Of a stretch of 64,000 bases of DNA, positions 22,201 through 34,417 are shown in pieces. A model generated the notes under the pieces. That model was not told where the DNA came from, searched no databases, and was given only the letters and a program-made list of their open reading frames with translations. This stretch comes from an uncultured Verrucomicrobiae bacterium (GTDB taxonomy: Bacteria; Verrucomicrobiota; Verrucomicrobiia; Chthoniobacterales; Chthoniobacteraceae): assembly GCA_963769025.1 (NCBI GenBank), contig CAVYKI010000012.1, positions 352,001 to 416,000 on the forward strand, written 5' to 3'. The position numbers and the translations under genes are program-made. The first letter of the stretch is position 1. Each line of letters starts with the position of its first letter.

Positions 22201-25200
22201 CCGTGACCGGCACCCCGCAACTCACGCTCGAAACGGGCACCGTGGACCGCGTCGTCAACTATGCGAGCGGCAGCGGCAGCGCCACGCTGACCTTCAACTA
22301 CACCGTCCAGGCGGGCGATGCCTCCGCGGATCTCGACTACGTGAGCACCACCGCGCTTGCCCTCAATGGCGGCACCATCAAGGACACCGCGGGCAACGAT
22401 GCCACGCTCACGCTTGCCGCGCCCGGAGCCGCCGGATCGCTCGGTGCCAACAAGGACATCGTGATCGACGGCATCGTTCCCACGGTGACCAATGTCACGT
22501 CCACCGTCGCGAACGGCTCCTACGTCCCCGGCAATGTGATCCCGGTCACCGTGACCTTCTCCGAAGCGGTGATTGTGGACACTGCGGGCGGCACCCCGCA
22601 GCTCACGCTGGAAACCGGAGCCACCGACCGCGTCGTCAGCTATGCCAGCGGCAGCGGCACGGCCACGCTCACGTTCAACTACACCGTCCAGACGGGCGAT
22701 GCCTCCGGCGATCTCGACTACGTGAGCGCCGCGGCGCTCGCGCTCAATGGCGGCACCATCAAGGACGCCGCGGGCAACAATGCCACGCTCACCCTCGCCG
22801 CTCCCGGTGCCGCCGGCTCCCTCGGCGCGAACAAGGACATCAAAATCGTCGAGGCCGTCACCTACACGGTCACCACGACGGGCAACCAAATTGTCGTCAC
22901 CGACGTCGGCGGCAATAGCGACACGCTCGCGATTTCCGAACCGAGTGCCGGCAACATCCAGTTCGACGTCGCCGGGCGCACGTTTGATGTGGATGGGACG
23001 CTCCTCACCGGCGGGTCGGGGGCGCTTTCGCTCACTGGGGTCACGCAGATCACGGTCAATGCGGCGGGCGGCGATGACACGATCGATGTGGGTGCCTTCA
23101 CGGTCGCGATGCCCGGTCTCACCATCCATGGCGGCACTGGGGATGACACGGTGAACCTCAATGGCGACATCATGTTCCTCGCGGGTGCGAGCCTCGACCT
23201 CGATCTGCAGAACGACAACGCGACGCCGGGCACGGACCGGCTGAATGTCGCGATGAACGCCAACATCCTGACCTCCACCACTGGCGCCATCACGGCGAAG
23301 GTGAGCAGGAACATCGCATTCGCCTCGGGCTCGAGCTTTGAGACGGAGGATGGCGGGCTCACGCTGGAGGCCAACCAGCAGGCGACCTCAGCGACGGGCG
23401 TTTTCAAGGGCGTCGAGATCAATGGCGCCATCGTCCGCAGCACCGGCGCGGGCGTGGTGACTGTCCTCGGCAAGGGCGGAGATTCCGCCTCCATGCGGGA
23501 GGGCGTTTCGGTTCTGAACGGCGCTTTGCTCAGCGGTGGCACCGCAGGGACGACCACGGTCAACGGCCGCGGCGGATCGGGGCCCGGGGGAGCTCACGCG
23601 GGCGTATTTCTTGCGGGACCGAATTCCCAGATCACCTCGGCGGGCAGCAATGTCTCGGTCACCGGCACGGGCGGCGGCGATACCAACCAGAACGAAAACC
23701 ACGGGGTCGTCGTCCGAAACAACTCGCAGATCCTCGCGGGCGGCGCGGGGACCGTCACCGTCATTGGAAACGGAGGCAACCTCGTGGGGACCGGGAGCGT
23801 CAATATCGGCGTGTTCGTCTTCGGGACGGGTTCGGCGATTACCTCGGGTGGCGGCGATGTCGCCGTGACCGGCACCGGCGGCGGTGCCGCGAGCACGCAG
23901 TTCAATCACGGCATGCAGGTGTCCGACTCCGCCGCAGTCACGGGGACCGGCACGGCGAAAGTCACCCTCATTGGCACGGGCGGCGGCGGCAATGGCGTCA
24001 ACGCCAGTCACGGCTTCCACATGGAAAACGTCTCCGCGGTCACCGCGGTCGATGGCAACATCTCCATCACCGGCACGGTCACCGACGGCACGGCGGTGAG
24101 CAGCGGCTTCAGGCTCTCGAATGCAGTGGCTGTCGGCTCGAAGGTGCAGACGACCGGCACAGGCACCATCACCGTCATCGCCGACACGATCGACATCAGC
24201 ACCAGCGGCGTGACGATCGAGGCGGGCGCGAACACCGTGACCCTCAAGCCGAAGACGCTCGCCCAGCTCGTTGACCTCGGGGCGGCGGACAGCGCCTCGA
24301 CCCTCGGCCTCACCGATGGCGAGCTGGATGTGATCACCGCCGGCACGGTGCAGATCGGCGACGCGCAGAGCGGGCCGATCGGCATCAGCGCGGCCATCAG
24401 CCCGGCGAACTACCGGACGCTCGCCCTGGCGCGCGACACGACCTTTGCCGCCAGCGGCGGGTTTGCCTCGGACATCGGGCCGACGGCGGCGGACATCGAG
24501 AAAATCACCATCACCGGCACGCTCAGCATCACCGCCGGGGCGACGCTCACCACGGCGGCCAAGGGCGGCTTCATGCCCGTGACCGGGCAGATGTTCCAGA
24601 TCATCACCAACGACGACGCGGACGCCATCACCGGCACCTTCAGCGGGCTGCCGGAAGGGCAGACCATCAACCCGTTCCTCGGCGTGGCCATCAACGCCCG
24701 CATCACCTACCTCGGCGACACGGGCAACGACGTGGTCATCATCACCAACACGCCGCCGGTCGCCAACCCGGTGTCGGTCGAGCGTTACCCCACGCAGAGC
24801 ATCAAGATCCCGATCGCCACCATCATGGCGCAGACTTCCGACCCGGATCCGGGCGACACGGTTTCCTTCGTGAGCGTCGGCACTCCCACGGCCCCCGCGC
24901 ACGGGACCGTGTCGGTGTCGGGCGGCTTCGTCTTCTACAAGCCGACCGGGCTGGGCACGCCAGGCGTGGACCAGAACCCCGAGCTCGGGTTCAGCTACAC
25001 CGTGCAGGACAACCACGGCTCGCAGACCGTGGGCACCGTGGTCATCGGCATCAAGGTGGACAACGCGCCTTCGCAGAACATCACCAAGCTCACCATGCAG
25101 CCAGACGGCTCCGTGGCCATTGACTTCTCCGGCATCCCCAACCGCACCTACGGGCTGCAGTTCAAGGTCATGCTTTCCGACCCGTCGTGGACCACCATCG

Positions 25201-25307
25201 GCCCCGTCACCGTGGACCAATACGGCGCCGGCCACTACGTGGACGGCCCCCCGCCCCACGCCTCCGCCAGCGGCTTCTATAGGCTCGTCTATCCTTACGT
25301 GCCGTAA
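16208..25307 (+). CDS. ~3,030-aa secreted adhesin-like protein (DUF11-like parts, Ig/Big domains, beta-helix, metzincin motif, 7 Ig-like repeats, FYR C-terminal domain); one frameshift near 20655
   Basis: Signal peptide [31 protein letters not shown]. ORFs 15929-20692 and 20637-25307 join inside repeat 2, where tatgttcgtcggcaat has one extra base versus tacgtccccggcaat in repeat 7. [11 protein letters not shown] motif. Confidence 0.88.
20233..22846 (+). repeat. Seven tandem ~372-381-bp intragenic Ig-like repeats
   Basis: Unit [25 protein letters not shown]..[28 protein letters not shown]..GSLGANKxIVID, starting near 20236, 20607, 20978, 21359, 21732, 22104 and 22476. Confidence 0.93.
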
Positions 25308-25361
25308 AGAACATCACCACCAATCACCGCCGAGAAAGAGCCTGTCACCCAACCCATCGCT

Positions 25362-28300
25362 ATGAAGAAACCCATCCTGAGTTCACTGTTCCCCGTCGCA
25401 CTGCTCGCCATGAGCCTGATCACGCATCCCGCAGCCGCGGATGAATCGTTCACGTTCAACCTGGGAGGCGTGACGATCCCCGACGGCAATCCGACCGGCT
25501 ATGCGAATGTGCAGAACCCGGGCTCGGGCATCAACGTGATCACGGGCCTGACCGTGAACCTGAACATCACGGGCGATCCCTTAGGCGGGTTCAACGGCGA
25601 TCTTTACGCCTACCTGCGGCACGTGACGCCCGGCGGCACGGGATTCACCGTGCTGCTGAACCGCGTGGGTTCCACCGACGCTACGACAGACTTTGGCTAC
25701 GGCGACTCGGGGTTCAACGTGATCTTCAGCGACATCGCGATGAACGGGGACATCCACTTTTACCAGACCGTGGACCATGCCCGCCCCCATGAGTCCCGCT
25801 CAGCGGCGTGTGGCAGCCGGACGCGCGGAACATCAACCCGGATGTGGTCACGGGCGCGACTCCTCGCACGACATTCCTCAGTTCCTTCAACGGCCTGAGC
25901 GCCATGGGCGACTGGACGCTCTTCGTGGCGGACCTCTCCGGCGGATCGGTCATGACCATCGACAGCTGGGGCCTGAACATCCGGGGCGACCAGAGTTCCT
26001 TCTATTGGAAAGGCGCGACGGACAGCATGTGGAACACCATCGGCACGCCGATGTCCCCGAATTGGACCGCCGATCCCGACGGGATGACGCCCATCCTCGC
26101 GACTCCGAGTGCGCTTTCGGATGTGACTTTCTCAGCGTCGGGAGCCGATCGAACCAGAACACCACGCTCGGGGCGGACTTCACGATCCGCAGCCTGAGGA
26201 TTTACGATCCGGCGGCCGTGACGATCAACGCCGGCGGACCCTTCACGCTGACCATCGCGGGCGGTGTCGGGACGGGCATCGACGTGCAGGCCGGGGCGGG
26301 CCTCGTGACCGTCAACGCGGACCTGACGTTCGGCGGGGCGTCCGACACGATCAAGGTCGACAACGCGGCAGGGGCGATCGTCAACGGCACGATCGACGGC
26401 CCCAACGGGCTCATCAAGGCGGGCGCGGGCAAACTCACGCTGACCGGCGCAAACATCTACATGGGCGGCACCACGATCAATGGCGGGACGCTCGCCATCT
26501 CGAGCGATGGCAACCTCGGCAATACGGCCGGCGGCATCACTTTCGACAATAACGCCACGCTGCAAACACTGGCGGGCATCATGTTCGCCGGCACGCGGGC
26601 CGTCACCGTCAACCCCTTGGGTGGCAAGATCGACGTATTCGGCCAAAATTCCACGCTCAATGGCCAGGTCTCCGGGGCCGGAGTGCTCACCGTGACCGAC
26701 AGCGTCGCCGGGTTGGGGACGCTCACATTGACCGCTGACAACAGCGGCCTGACCGGCGGCTTGTCGGTGGACGGTCAGGCGACCGTGGCCGTGAGCGCGG
26801 ACAACAACCTCGGCGACCCGCTCGCGCCGCTCTCGCTCGCGAATAACGGAACCCTTCAGACGACCGCCACGTTCTCGTCTGGCCGGCCGGTGAATCTTCC
26901 CGCGCGATCGGCAACATCAACGTGGACGCAATGGTGACGACGACGCTCACCGGGCTCATGGATGGGCCGGGAATGACTTGCAGAAGGTCGGCCCCGGCTC
27001 ACTGGAACTGACGGTGACAACACGGCTATCTCGGCAGGCACCATCCTGAGCGGCGGCAGCCTCTTCGCCAATGTGAGCCCCGCCGGGCCGACGAACCAGG
27101 CGCTCGGCACAGGCTTGATCAATGTTCTCGTCCCCGGCGTGACCTTGGGCACGCATGTCGATGGCCAGGTGATCTCCAATCCGATCGAGGCGCAGGCGGA
27201 TTTCTTCGTCGCGCCGCCGGTGGGCGGCAATCTGTTCCTGAACGGCGATGTCAACCTCACCGGCGATCGCACCATTACGAGCCAGAACGACGGCTCGAAC
27301 ACGCATTTCGGCGGAGCAATCGGCGGAGCCTTCGCGCTGACCCTCGCGGACGCGGTGATGCCGCCGGGCTTCAACAGCTTCTTCTTCGAGGGCATGACCC
27401 CGAACACCTACACCGGCCTGACCACGATCCAGAATAACGCAGCCCTCCATCTGGCGAAAGCCGACGGCGTCAATGCGATCGCGGGCAATGTGCAGATCGA
27501 TATCGGCGGGGCGCTCATCTTCGATCGCGACGAGCAGATCGCGGACACGTCCACGGTGACGGTGAACAGCACCGGCATCGCGGGAGCCATGAATCCGGCC
27601 GGCTTCCTCCTGCAGGGGCACACTGAGACGATCGGCACCTTGCTCGGCAACGGCACGCTGGCGCTCGACGACAACGCGGGCGGCGCAGCGGGATCCCTCA
27701 CCGTGGGCGCGGGCATCTTCAGCGGCGTCATCTCCGACAGCAACATGGGCAATGGCCAGGTGACCAAGAACACCGGCGGCACGCTGACGCTGACCGGCGC
27801 GAACACTTACACGAGCCCCACAACGCTCAACGCCGGCACTCTGCAGGCGGGCAATGTGAAGGCGCTCGGCTCGGGGAACTTCACGATGACGGGCGGCACG
27901 CTGCGCACCACGGGCGGCCCGCTCGCGGTGGACATCGGCGCCGGCAACATCCTCTTCAGCGGCGGCACATTTGCAGTGAACGTCGGCGGTACCTCGCCCG
28001 GCGTGCTGCACGACCAGCTCAGGACCACCGGCACGGCGAGCACCGGCGGCGGCATCTTTGCGCTGACGCAACTGAATGGCTACATCCTCGCCCCCGGCGA
28101 CAAGATCCACCTCATCGTCGCCGCGGCCGGAGTCGCAGGCGGCACCGCCCTCGGCACCGTGGTGCCGGGATCGAACGTCACGGGCCTTGAAGCATTCAGC
28201 AACAACCCGCTGCTCGTGCCGACGGTGAACCTCTATCCGACGACCGTCACCCTCGAGCCGATGCAGGGATCCTTTCTCGCGCTGGCGGGCCGGTTGGGCT

Positions 28301-29475
28301 TTACGCCGAACCAGATCCGGACGGCTGCCGCGCTCGACAGCGTCGCCGCGGCCATCAACTACAAGACCGGCATCTTCCAGGAACTGAACTTCCTCGACAC
28401 GCAGTCGCTGAGTACGCTGCCGAGCAACCTCGACAAGATCGCACCCGAGGAATTGACCGCCATCCCCGCGGCCAGCATCTCGCTCGCTAACGTCCACAGT
28501 TCAAATCTCCTCAGCCATTTGGATTCGCTCCGCAGCCAGAGTTCGACGCCTTCCGCATCCACGCTCGCGGCCGCAGGCAGCGGCCCCAGCTACAGCGGCG
28601 GCATGAGCGGCCCGACCGGAGCGCGCAGCAAGGAGATCGCCCCGCCGACGCAGGATCGCTGGGGAATGTTCCTCACCGGCTCCGGTGAGTGGACGCGCGT
28701 GGGCAGCACGGCCAATGCAGCCGGCTTCGACCTGCAGACCGGCGGCGTCACCGGCGGCGTGGATTACCGCGTCACCGACAAATTCGCCCTCGGCCTCGAC
28801 TTCGGCTACGTGAACACGAACTCAAGCCTCGTAAACGGCGGCAATATCGACACCGACGGCGGCCGCCTCGGCGTCTATGGCACTTACTTCGACCGGAACT
28901 TCCATGTGGATGCGGCCGTCACCGGCGGTCTCAACAGCTACAAGACCCGCCGCACCACGCCGAACAACACCGCGGCCACCGCCAGTCCCGACGGCTCGGA
29001 AATCAACCTCCTCCTCGCGACCGGATACGACTGGAAAGTCGGAGCGCTGACCATCGGGCCGACGGCCACCTTCCAATACACGAACGTGCGCATGGATGGC
29101 TTCACGGAGACCGGCGCATTCGCCCCGCTCACCGTCAATGGCCAGACCTCGGAGTCCACCCGCACCTCGCTCGGCATTCGTGCGACCTACGACGCCAAAG
29201 TCGGCGGCGTCACCGTCCGCCCGGAGGTCAAGCTCGCCTGGCAGCATGAGTTCGGCGACAGCGCCTACTCCGTCACCTCACGCTTCGCGACCCTCGGCGG
29301 CAATCCGTTCACCGTCACCGGAGCCGATATCGGCCGCGACAGTCTGCTCGTGGGCGCCGGCGTCAGCATCCTCTGGACGCCACGTTGCGCGACCTTCGTC
29401 TATTACGATGGCGAAATCGGCCGCACGAACTACAGCTCGCACAGCATCTCCGCCGGCTTCCGCTTCCAGTTCTAG
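25362..29475 (+). CDS. Autotransporter (~1,370 aa): P-domain-like N-terminus, PATR passenger, C-terminal beta-barrel; several frameshifts (~25780, 26150, 26905, 26970)
   Basis: Signal peptide; IPDG...FNGDLYAYL...LLNRVG...GDWTLFVAD domain; LIKAGAGKLTLTGANIY repeats; barrel from DRWGMFLTGSG to terminal GFRFQF. Confidence 0.88.
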
Positions 29476-29486
29476 GCCCGCGCGGA

Positions 29487-30231
29487 TCACGCGCCACCGC
29501 AGACCGGACAGTCCTCGCGCCGCGCGACCTTCAGCCGGCGGAATTGCATCGAACCGAGGTCCATCGCCAGCAGCGTCCCGGCGAGCGGTTCGCCGATGCC
29601 GGTGAGCAGCTTCACGACCTCGATCGCGCCGAGGCAGCCCACCGTGCCCGACACCGCGCCGAGCACGGGAAATTGCCGCTTCCATTCCGGCGGCGGCTCT
29701 GGCGTGAGGCAGCGCAGACACGGCGTGCGCCCGGGGAGGATCGTCGTGATGTGCGCCTCCATCGCGAACATCGCGCACTCGACCATCGGCTTTCCCGCGC
29801 GCACGGCGGCGGCGTTCAGCGCGTAGCGTTCGGCGAAAAGCGGCGCGGCATCGACGACCACATCCGCCTGCGCGACGAGCCCGTCCGCATTATCCCCGCT
29901 CACATTTTCCTCCACCGCGACGATCTCCACGCGCGGGTTCAGCTCCCGCAGGCGCTTCACCACTGCCGGGCAGCCGCGGCTCGCCGATGCGATCGTGCGA
30001 CTGCTGCAGGTGCCGGTGAAGATCGCTCGGCTTCACTTTCCCTCCCATCGCCAGCACGAGCCTGCCGATGCCCGCCGCCGCGAGCTGGTACGCGACGACG
30101 CCGCCCAACCCGCCGACGCGCGAGATGAGCACCGACGCGCCCTTGAGTTTGCGCTGACCTTCCTCGCCGAAACCGGGAATCCACATCTGCCACTCGTAGA
30201 TGGCGCGCTCTTCCGGCGTCAGATCGCTCAT
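29487..30231 (-). CDS. ThiF/MoeB/HesA family adenylyltransferase (frameshift ~29965)
   Basis: YEWQMWIPGFGEEGQRKLK, SRVGGLG, SDLHR, then PCLRC and CPVC Zn-binding pairs. Confidence 0.88.
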
Positions 30232-30923
30232 GGCTGCGGCGCCCGCAGGGATTCGGAACCGTCAAACTCGCCGGACGTGACAGGCACCTCGCAGATGCGT
30301 CCGCCGTCGAGACGGAAGACGACATCCGCCAGCGCCGCGGCCTCCGCGCGGCTGTGCGTGATGTGCAGCGCGGTGATGCCGTGCTCGCGCTGCACGCGCT
30401 TGAGCAGTGCGGCGAGGTCGTCGCGGAGTTCCTCGTCGAGCGCGGAGAGCGGTTCGTCGAGGAGGAGGACTTGCGGCTTCGCAGCGAGCGCGCGTCCGAG
30501 GGCGACGCGCTGGCGTTCGCCACCGGAGAGGCGCTGCGGGCGGCGGTCGAGGAGATGCGGTGACGCCGAGCTCGTCCGCGAGTTGGTCGACGCGCGTCGC
30601 GATTTCAGTCGGCGGGACGGCGGCGCAGGCGCAGCGCGAAGCCGAGCTGCTCGCGCACGGTCAAGGTGGGAAACAGCGCGCCATCCTGCGGCACGTAGCC
30701 GACACCGCGCGCGGCGGGGAGTTCGTGCGTCACATCGCGGTCGCCGATGATCACGCGTCCCGAGCGCGGCGTGCGCAGGCCGCAGATGATTTCGAGCAGC
30801 GTGGTCTTGCCGCAGCCCGTGCGGCCCATGAGCACGGCATAGCTCCCCGCGGGCACGGTGAAGCAGACATTTTCCAGGCGGAATGTCGCCGGCACGCCAG
30901 GCGATGGAGTCGAGCTGAATCAT
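30228..30923 (-). CDS. modC: ABC transporter ATPase, ModC/CysA-like (frameshifted)
   Basis: Walker A GRTGCGKT, YVPQD Q-loop, LSGGERQRVALGRAL signature, LLLDEP and HITH, spread over several frames. Confidence 0.8.
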   Translation of the reverse strand: MIQLDSIAWRAGDIPPGKCLLHRARGELCRAHGPHGLRQDHAARNHLRPAHAALGTRDHRRPRCDARTPRRARCRLRAAGWRAVSHLDRARAARLRAAPAPPSRRLKSRRASTNSRTSSASPHLLDRRPQRLSGGERQRVALGRALAAKPQVLLLDEPLSALDEELRDDLAALLKRVQREHGITALHITHSRAEAAALADVVFRLDGGRICEVPVTSGEFDGSESLRAPQP

Positions 30924-31020
30924 GCGAACGCGGAATGCCGAACGCGGAACGCGGAAAGAAACGGCGCGGCTTCGGCGCACTTGCACCGTTCCGCGTTCCG
31001 CGTTCCGCATTCCGCGTTCC
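30924..31020. repeat. Heptamer (GCGGAAY / RTTCCGC) palindromic element at the modB-modC junction
   Basis: Left arm gcgaacgcggaatgccgaacgcggaacgcggaa; right arm gttccgcgttccgcgttccgcattccgcgttcc; flanked by ATGA on both sides on the minus strand. Confidence 0.8.
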
Positions 31021-31815
31021 TCATAACTTTTCCCCCACGAGCCGCACTGCCACGAGCACGACGAGCGCGAGCAGCGACCATGAGCAGGCTGACGGCGACG
31101 GCGGCTTCGAGCCGGCCGACGCTGAGCTCGAGAAAGACACTGGTCGGCAGCACCTCGGTCTTCATCCGCGTGGCGCCGGCGAAGACGAGAATCGGCCCGA
31201 ACTCCCCGAGGCTGCGCGCCCACGCGATGCTGAACGCGGCGAACATCCCGCGCCGCGCCGCGGGCAGCGTGACCATCCACACGGCCTGCCCGCGCGAGCA
31301 GCCGAGCGTCATCGCCACATCCTCCGGTCGCGCGGAGAGATGATCGAAGACGCCGCGCATCGTCCGCACGGCGAAGGCGGCGCCGATGACGAACTGCGCG
31401 AGCACCACGCCGGCGACGGTGTAGGTGAACGGGATCGACGCGCTCGATCAACTTGCCCGCGCGGCGTCTGGAAAAAGATGAGCAGGCAAAGGCCGACGAC
31501 CATCGGCGGCAGGACGATCGGAATGTCGAGCGCGGCATCGAGCAACGCCTTGCCGGCGAAGCGCCCGCGCGAAAGCAGGTAGCCGACCGGCACCGCGAGC
31601 GAGCAGCGCGAGCAGCGCGAGAGCGGTGCAGGTGACGAGGCTGAGGACGATCGAATAGCGGATCTCCGCGCGTGCCGAGCGACTTCCCAGATCTGCCGCG
31701 GCGAGGTGTAGGTCGCCGTCGCGCCGAGCAGCGCGACGAGGAAGGCGAGATACAGGCCGGCGACGAGCGCGAGCCCGATCCAGAATGGAGTGAGCCACGC
31801 GCGCGGTGCGCTCAT
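31021..31815 (-). CDS. modB: ABC transporter permease, ModB-like (frameshifted)
   Basis: LDIPIVLPPMVVG, EDVAMTLG (EAA loop), WARSLGEFG; ends LVGEKL*. Confidence 0.85.
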
Positions 31816-33347
31816 TTGTCCTTCAGCCAGTCGGGCACCTTGATGTCCTTGCTCGGGATCGCCGCTTCGCCACGCCACTCGAAGCCGGCCTGCTCAAACT
31901 CCGCGCGGTTGGCCTTCAGAAAGGCGAGCAGGCGGTGGCCGAGTTGCGCGTTCGGCGAGTCGGCTGCGCACCGAGAACGGCTGCACGGCCTTCGCTCCCT
32001 CGTGCTGGATCGGCAGGAAGTCGAGATGCTCGCCCGCGGCGGCCAGCACGTTCACGCGATAGACGATGGCTGCTTCGAGCGCGCCGGCGCGCATCTGGGT
32101 GACGAGCAGGTCGGCGGTCGGCGTCTCGACGACGACGTTTTTGCGCACGCTGTCGTTGAGGCCAGAGGACTTGAGCATGCCGCGCGTCATGTAGCCGAGC
32201 GTGCTCTGCTCTGCGTTGCACAGGCCCACTTTCAGGCTCGGCTGCGCGAGATCGGCGAGCGTCTTCACGCCGCGCGGATTGCCCTTTTTCACGACGATGC
32301 CGATGTCCGTCTGCGGTGAGGATGACGGCTTCGGGAAACATGTCGGCGACCGGCGGGACGAAGCACAGGTCGCACGCAAAGTAGGCGTCGGGAAATTTCG
32401 GATTGTCGCTGCCGCCCATCGTTTTCATCGAGGCGCAGAGGATGCCGCAGCCGTTGAAGACGGTGGTGACGGTCACGCCTTCGCGATCCGCGAACTGCTT
32501 CAGCAACCCCTCGATCGCGGGGCGGTTCACGCCGCCGCTGTAGAGGATCAGCTCGGGCTTGTCGGCCCACGTGTCGCCGCCTGCGGGCGTGAAGCCGTTC
32601 GCCTTGAAAATCGCGCCGCCCTTTTCCGGCGCGGCGAGATAGCGGGCGAAATGCAGCGCGGCCGCGGGCTGCGTGCGAAAAATTCGAGCACGGTCGCCGA
32701 GGCATTTTCGCTGCGCGCGGAAAGTTCCGGCACTTCGATGGCCTCGACCTTGAACTGTCCGACGATCGAGTCCCAGACGATCGCCGCATCCACGGTGCCG
32801 AGCGCAAGGTCGGCGGCGATCTCCGTGACGGTCGGCTTCATCACGGCGGCGTGCGCGGCGAGCTTCGTCCACGTCTCGCCGAGCACCGTGCGCGCGACGC
32901 GCGAGATGCTGGCCGCCTCGGGATTCGCGAGCGCGACTTTCACGTCGTCGCGCAGGAGATCGGCGACGGTGCGGATGTTCTTCGGATTGCCGGCGCGCAC
33001 GCCGATGACCGGCTTCTGCTTGGCGAGCGGGAGGACTTCGCGAATCACGCCGGACTTTTGCGCGTCCGCCACCGATGCCATCGTCGGCGGCGATGAAGAG
33101 GTCGCCCTGCTTCGCCACGCGGAGCTGGCTGAGCAGCGTGCCGCTGCCGCCGTATTGCAGGCGCACTTCGACGCCCGATCTCGCGCTGGTATTGCTGCGC
33201 AACCGCCTCGACGGGCTTCTTCAACCCGGCGGCGCAATACACCGTGAGCGTCGCCGCGCCTTGGCGCGACGCCGAGCGATGCTGGTAAAGCGCAACGCCA
33301 CCGAGCAGCAGGGCGAGCAGAATCAAAATGGCGGCGAGCTTCCTCAT
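31812..33347 (-). CDS. modA: Tandem two-domain molybdate/tungstate-type substrate-binding protein (frameshifted)
   Basis: Domain 1: VYCAAGLK..YGGSGTL..DLFIAAD..GNPKNI. Domain 2: LYSGGVNR..FNGCGIL..DAYFACD..GNPRGV. ATGA overlaps at both ends. Confidence 0.78.
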
Positions 33348-34413
33348 GGCTTCGGGCGGAGTGTGCGCCATGCCAGCCCGCTGCCAAGCACAAGCAGGAC
33401 AGCGGCGGCGATGGCAGCGGGGGAAAGTCCGTTTTCCTGAACAGGAACCGGCGTAGCGACCGCGCGCGATGGATACTGCCTCAGGCGTCGGCACCTCGGG
33501 CTTCGGAGCGTCCGGCATTGGTGTTTCCAGATCCGGCACGGCACCCGCCGGCTTTTGCAATGTGACGGATGGTGACGGCGGGAAAGCCCATCGCGCGCAG
33601 CGATTCGTTCCAGTCCGCGTTCACCACCAGATCCCAGCCGGGATTCATCCGCTTCACCTCGCACGAGCATGCGCCGAGGAGGAAGAGGCACGCCTCGTCG
33701 ATCTGCTCGTCGCCAAAACCCTCCGCCGGCCACGCACCGAGCGCGCGGCCGCGGCCGAAAACCAGCGCGAGCCACGGGCCGTTCGCGTTTTCACATGCCG
33801 TGGTTCGGCCCGGCGAGCATCGACGATGAAAGATCTGCTCGGCCACGTCGTCGCGCTTGATTCGCAGCAGGGAGAATTTGACGCGCGAGCGCGGGACCGG
33901 GACCGAGTTTGCTCGTCGGGTCGTTGGGATCGATTTGCGGAATCTGCGCGACCTGTTCGAGATAGCGCAGCCGCTTTTCCAGCGCGGACGCCGCAGCGAT
34001 CATCAGCCTCGCGCTGGCCGCTCTCGACGAGCACCCACACGCCGCATTCGCCCGCGAGGATGCGCGGCACGATCTCCGCACGCGCCGGGGAATCGGTGAT
34101 CGTGCGAGAGCGCCGCGCCATCGAGCTTGCCTGACCACGCAGGCGTGGCGTCGGGCGCGGCGTGCGGGAATGTGAGGCGCGAGAGCCCTTCCGCATCCGA
34201 GCGCGACGGCGCGAGATTTAGCGGCGTGGAGTCGGTGAGATTGCGCAGGAATCGCGCGACCGCCTCGTCCTTCGCGTCGGTCGCGGAGATCTCCAGCGCG
34301 AACGGATCCGCCTGCCAGCGGTCGAGCGCGTAGCGGAAGACCGGGATCGAGCATGCACGCGCCGGGATGGCGGAAAGGGCCGCTGCGAGGAGAAGCAGTG
34401 CGCGGAGGAGCAT
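33344..34413 (-). CDS. Conserved secreted, membrane-anchored hypothetical protein (frameshifted)
   Basis: Signal peptide then ACSIPVFRYALDRW; later VFGRGRAL and FLLGACSCEVKRMNPGWDL; C-terminal hydrophobic helix. Confidence 0.7.
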
Positions 34414-34417
34414 CAGG

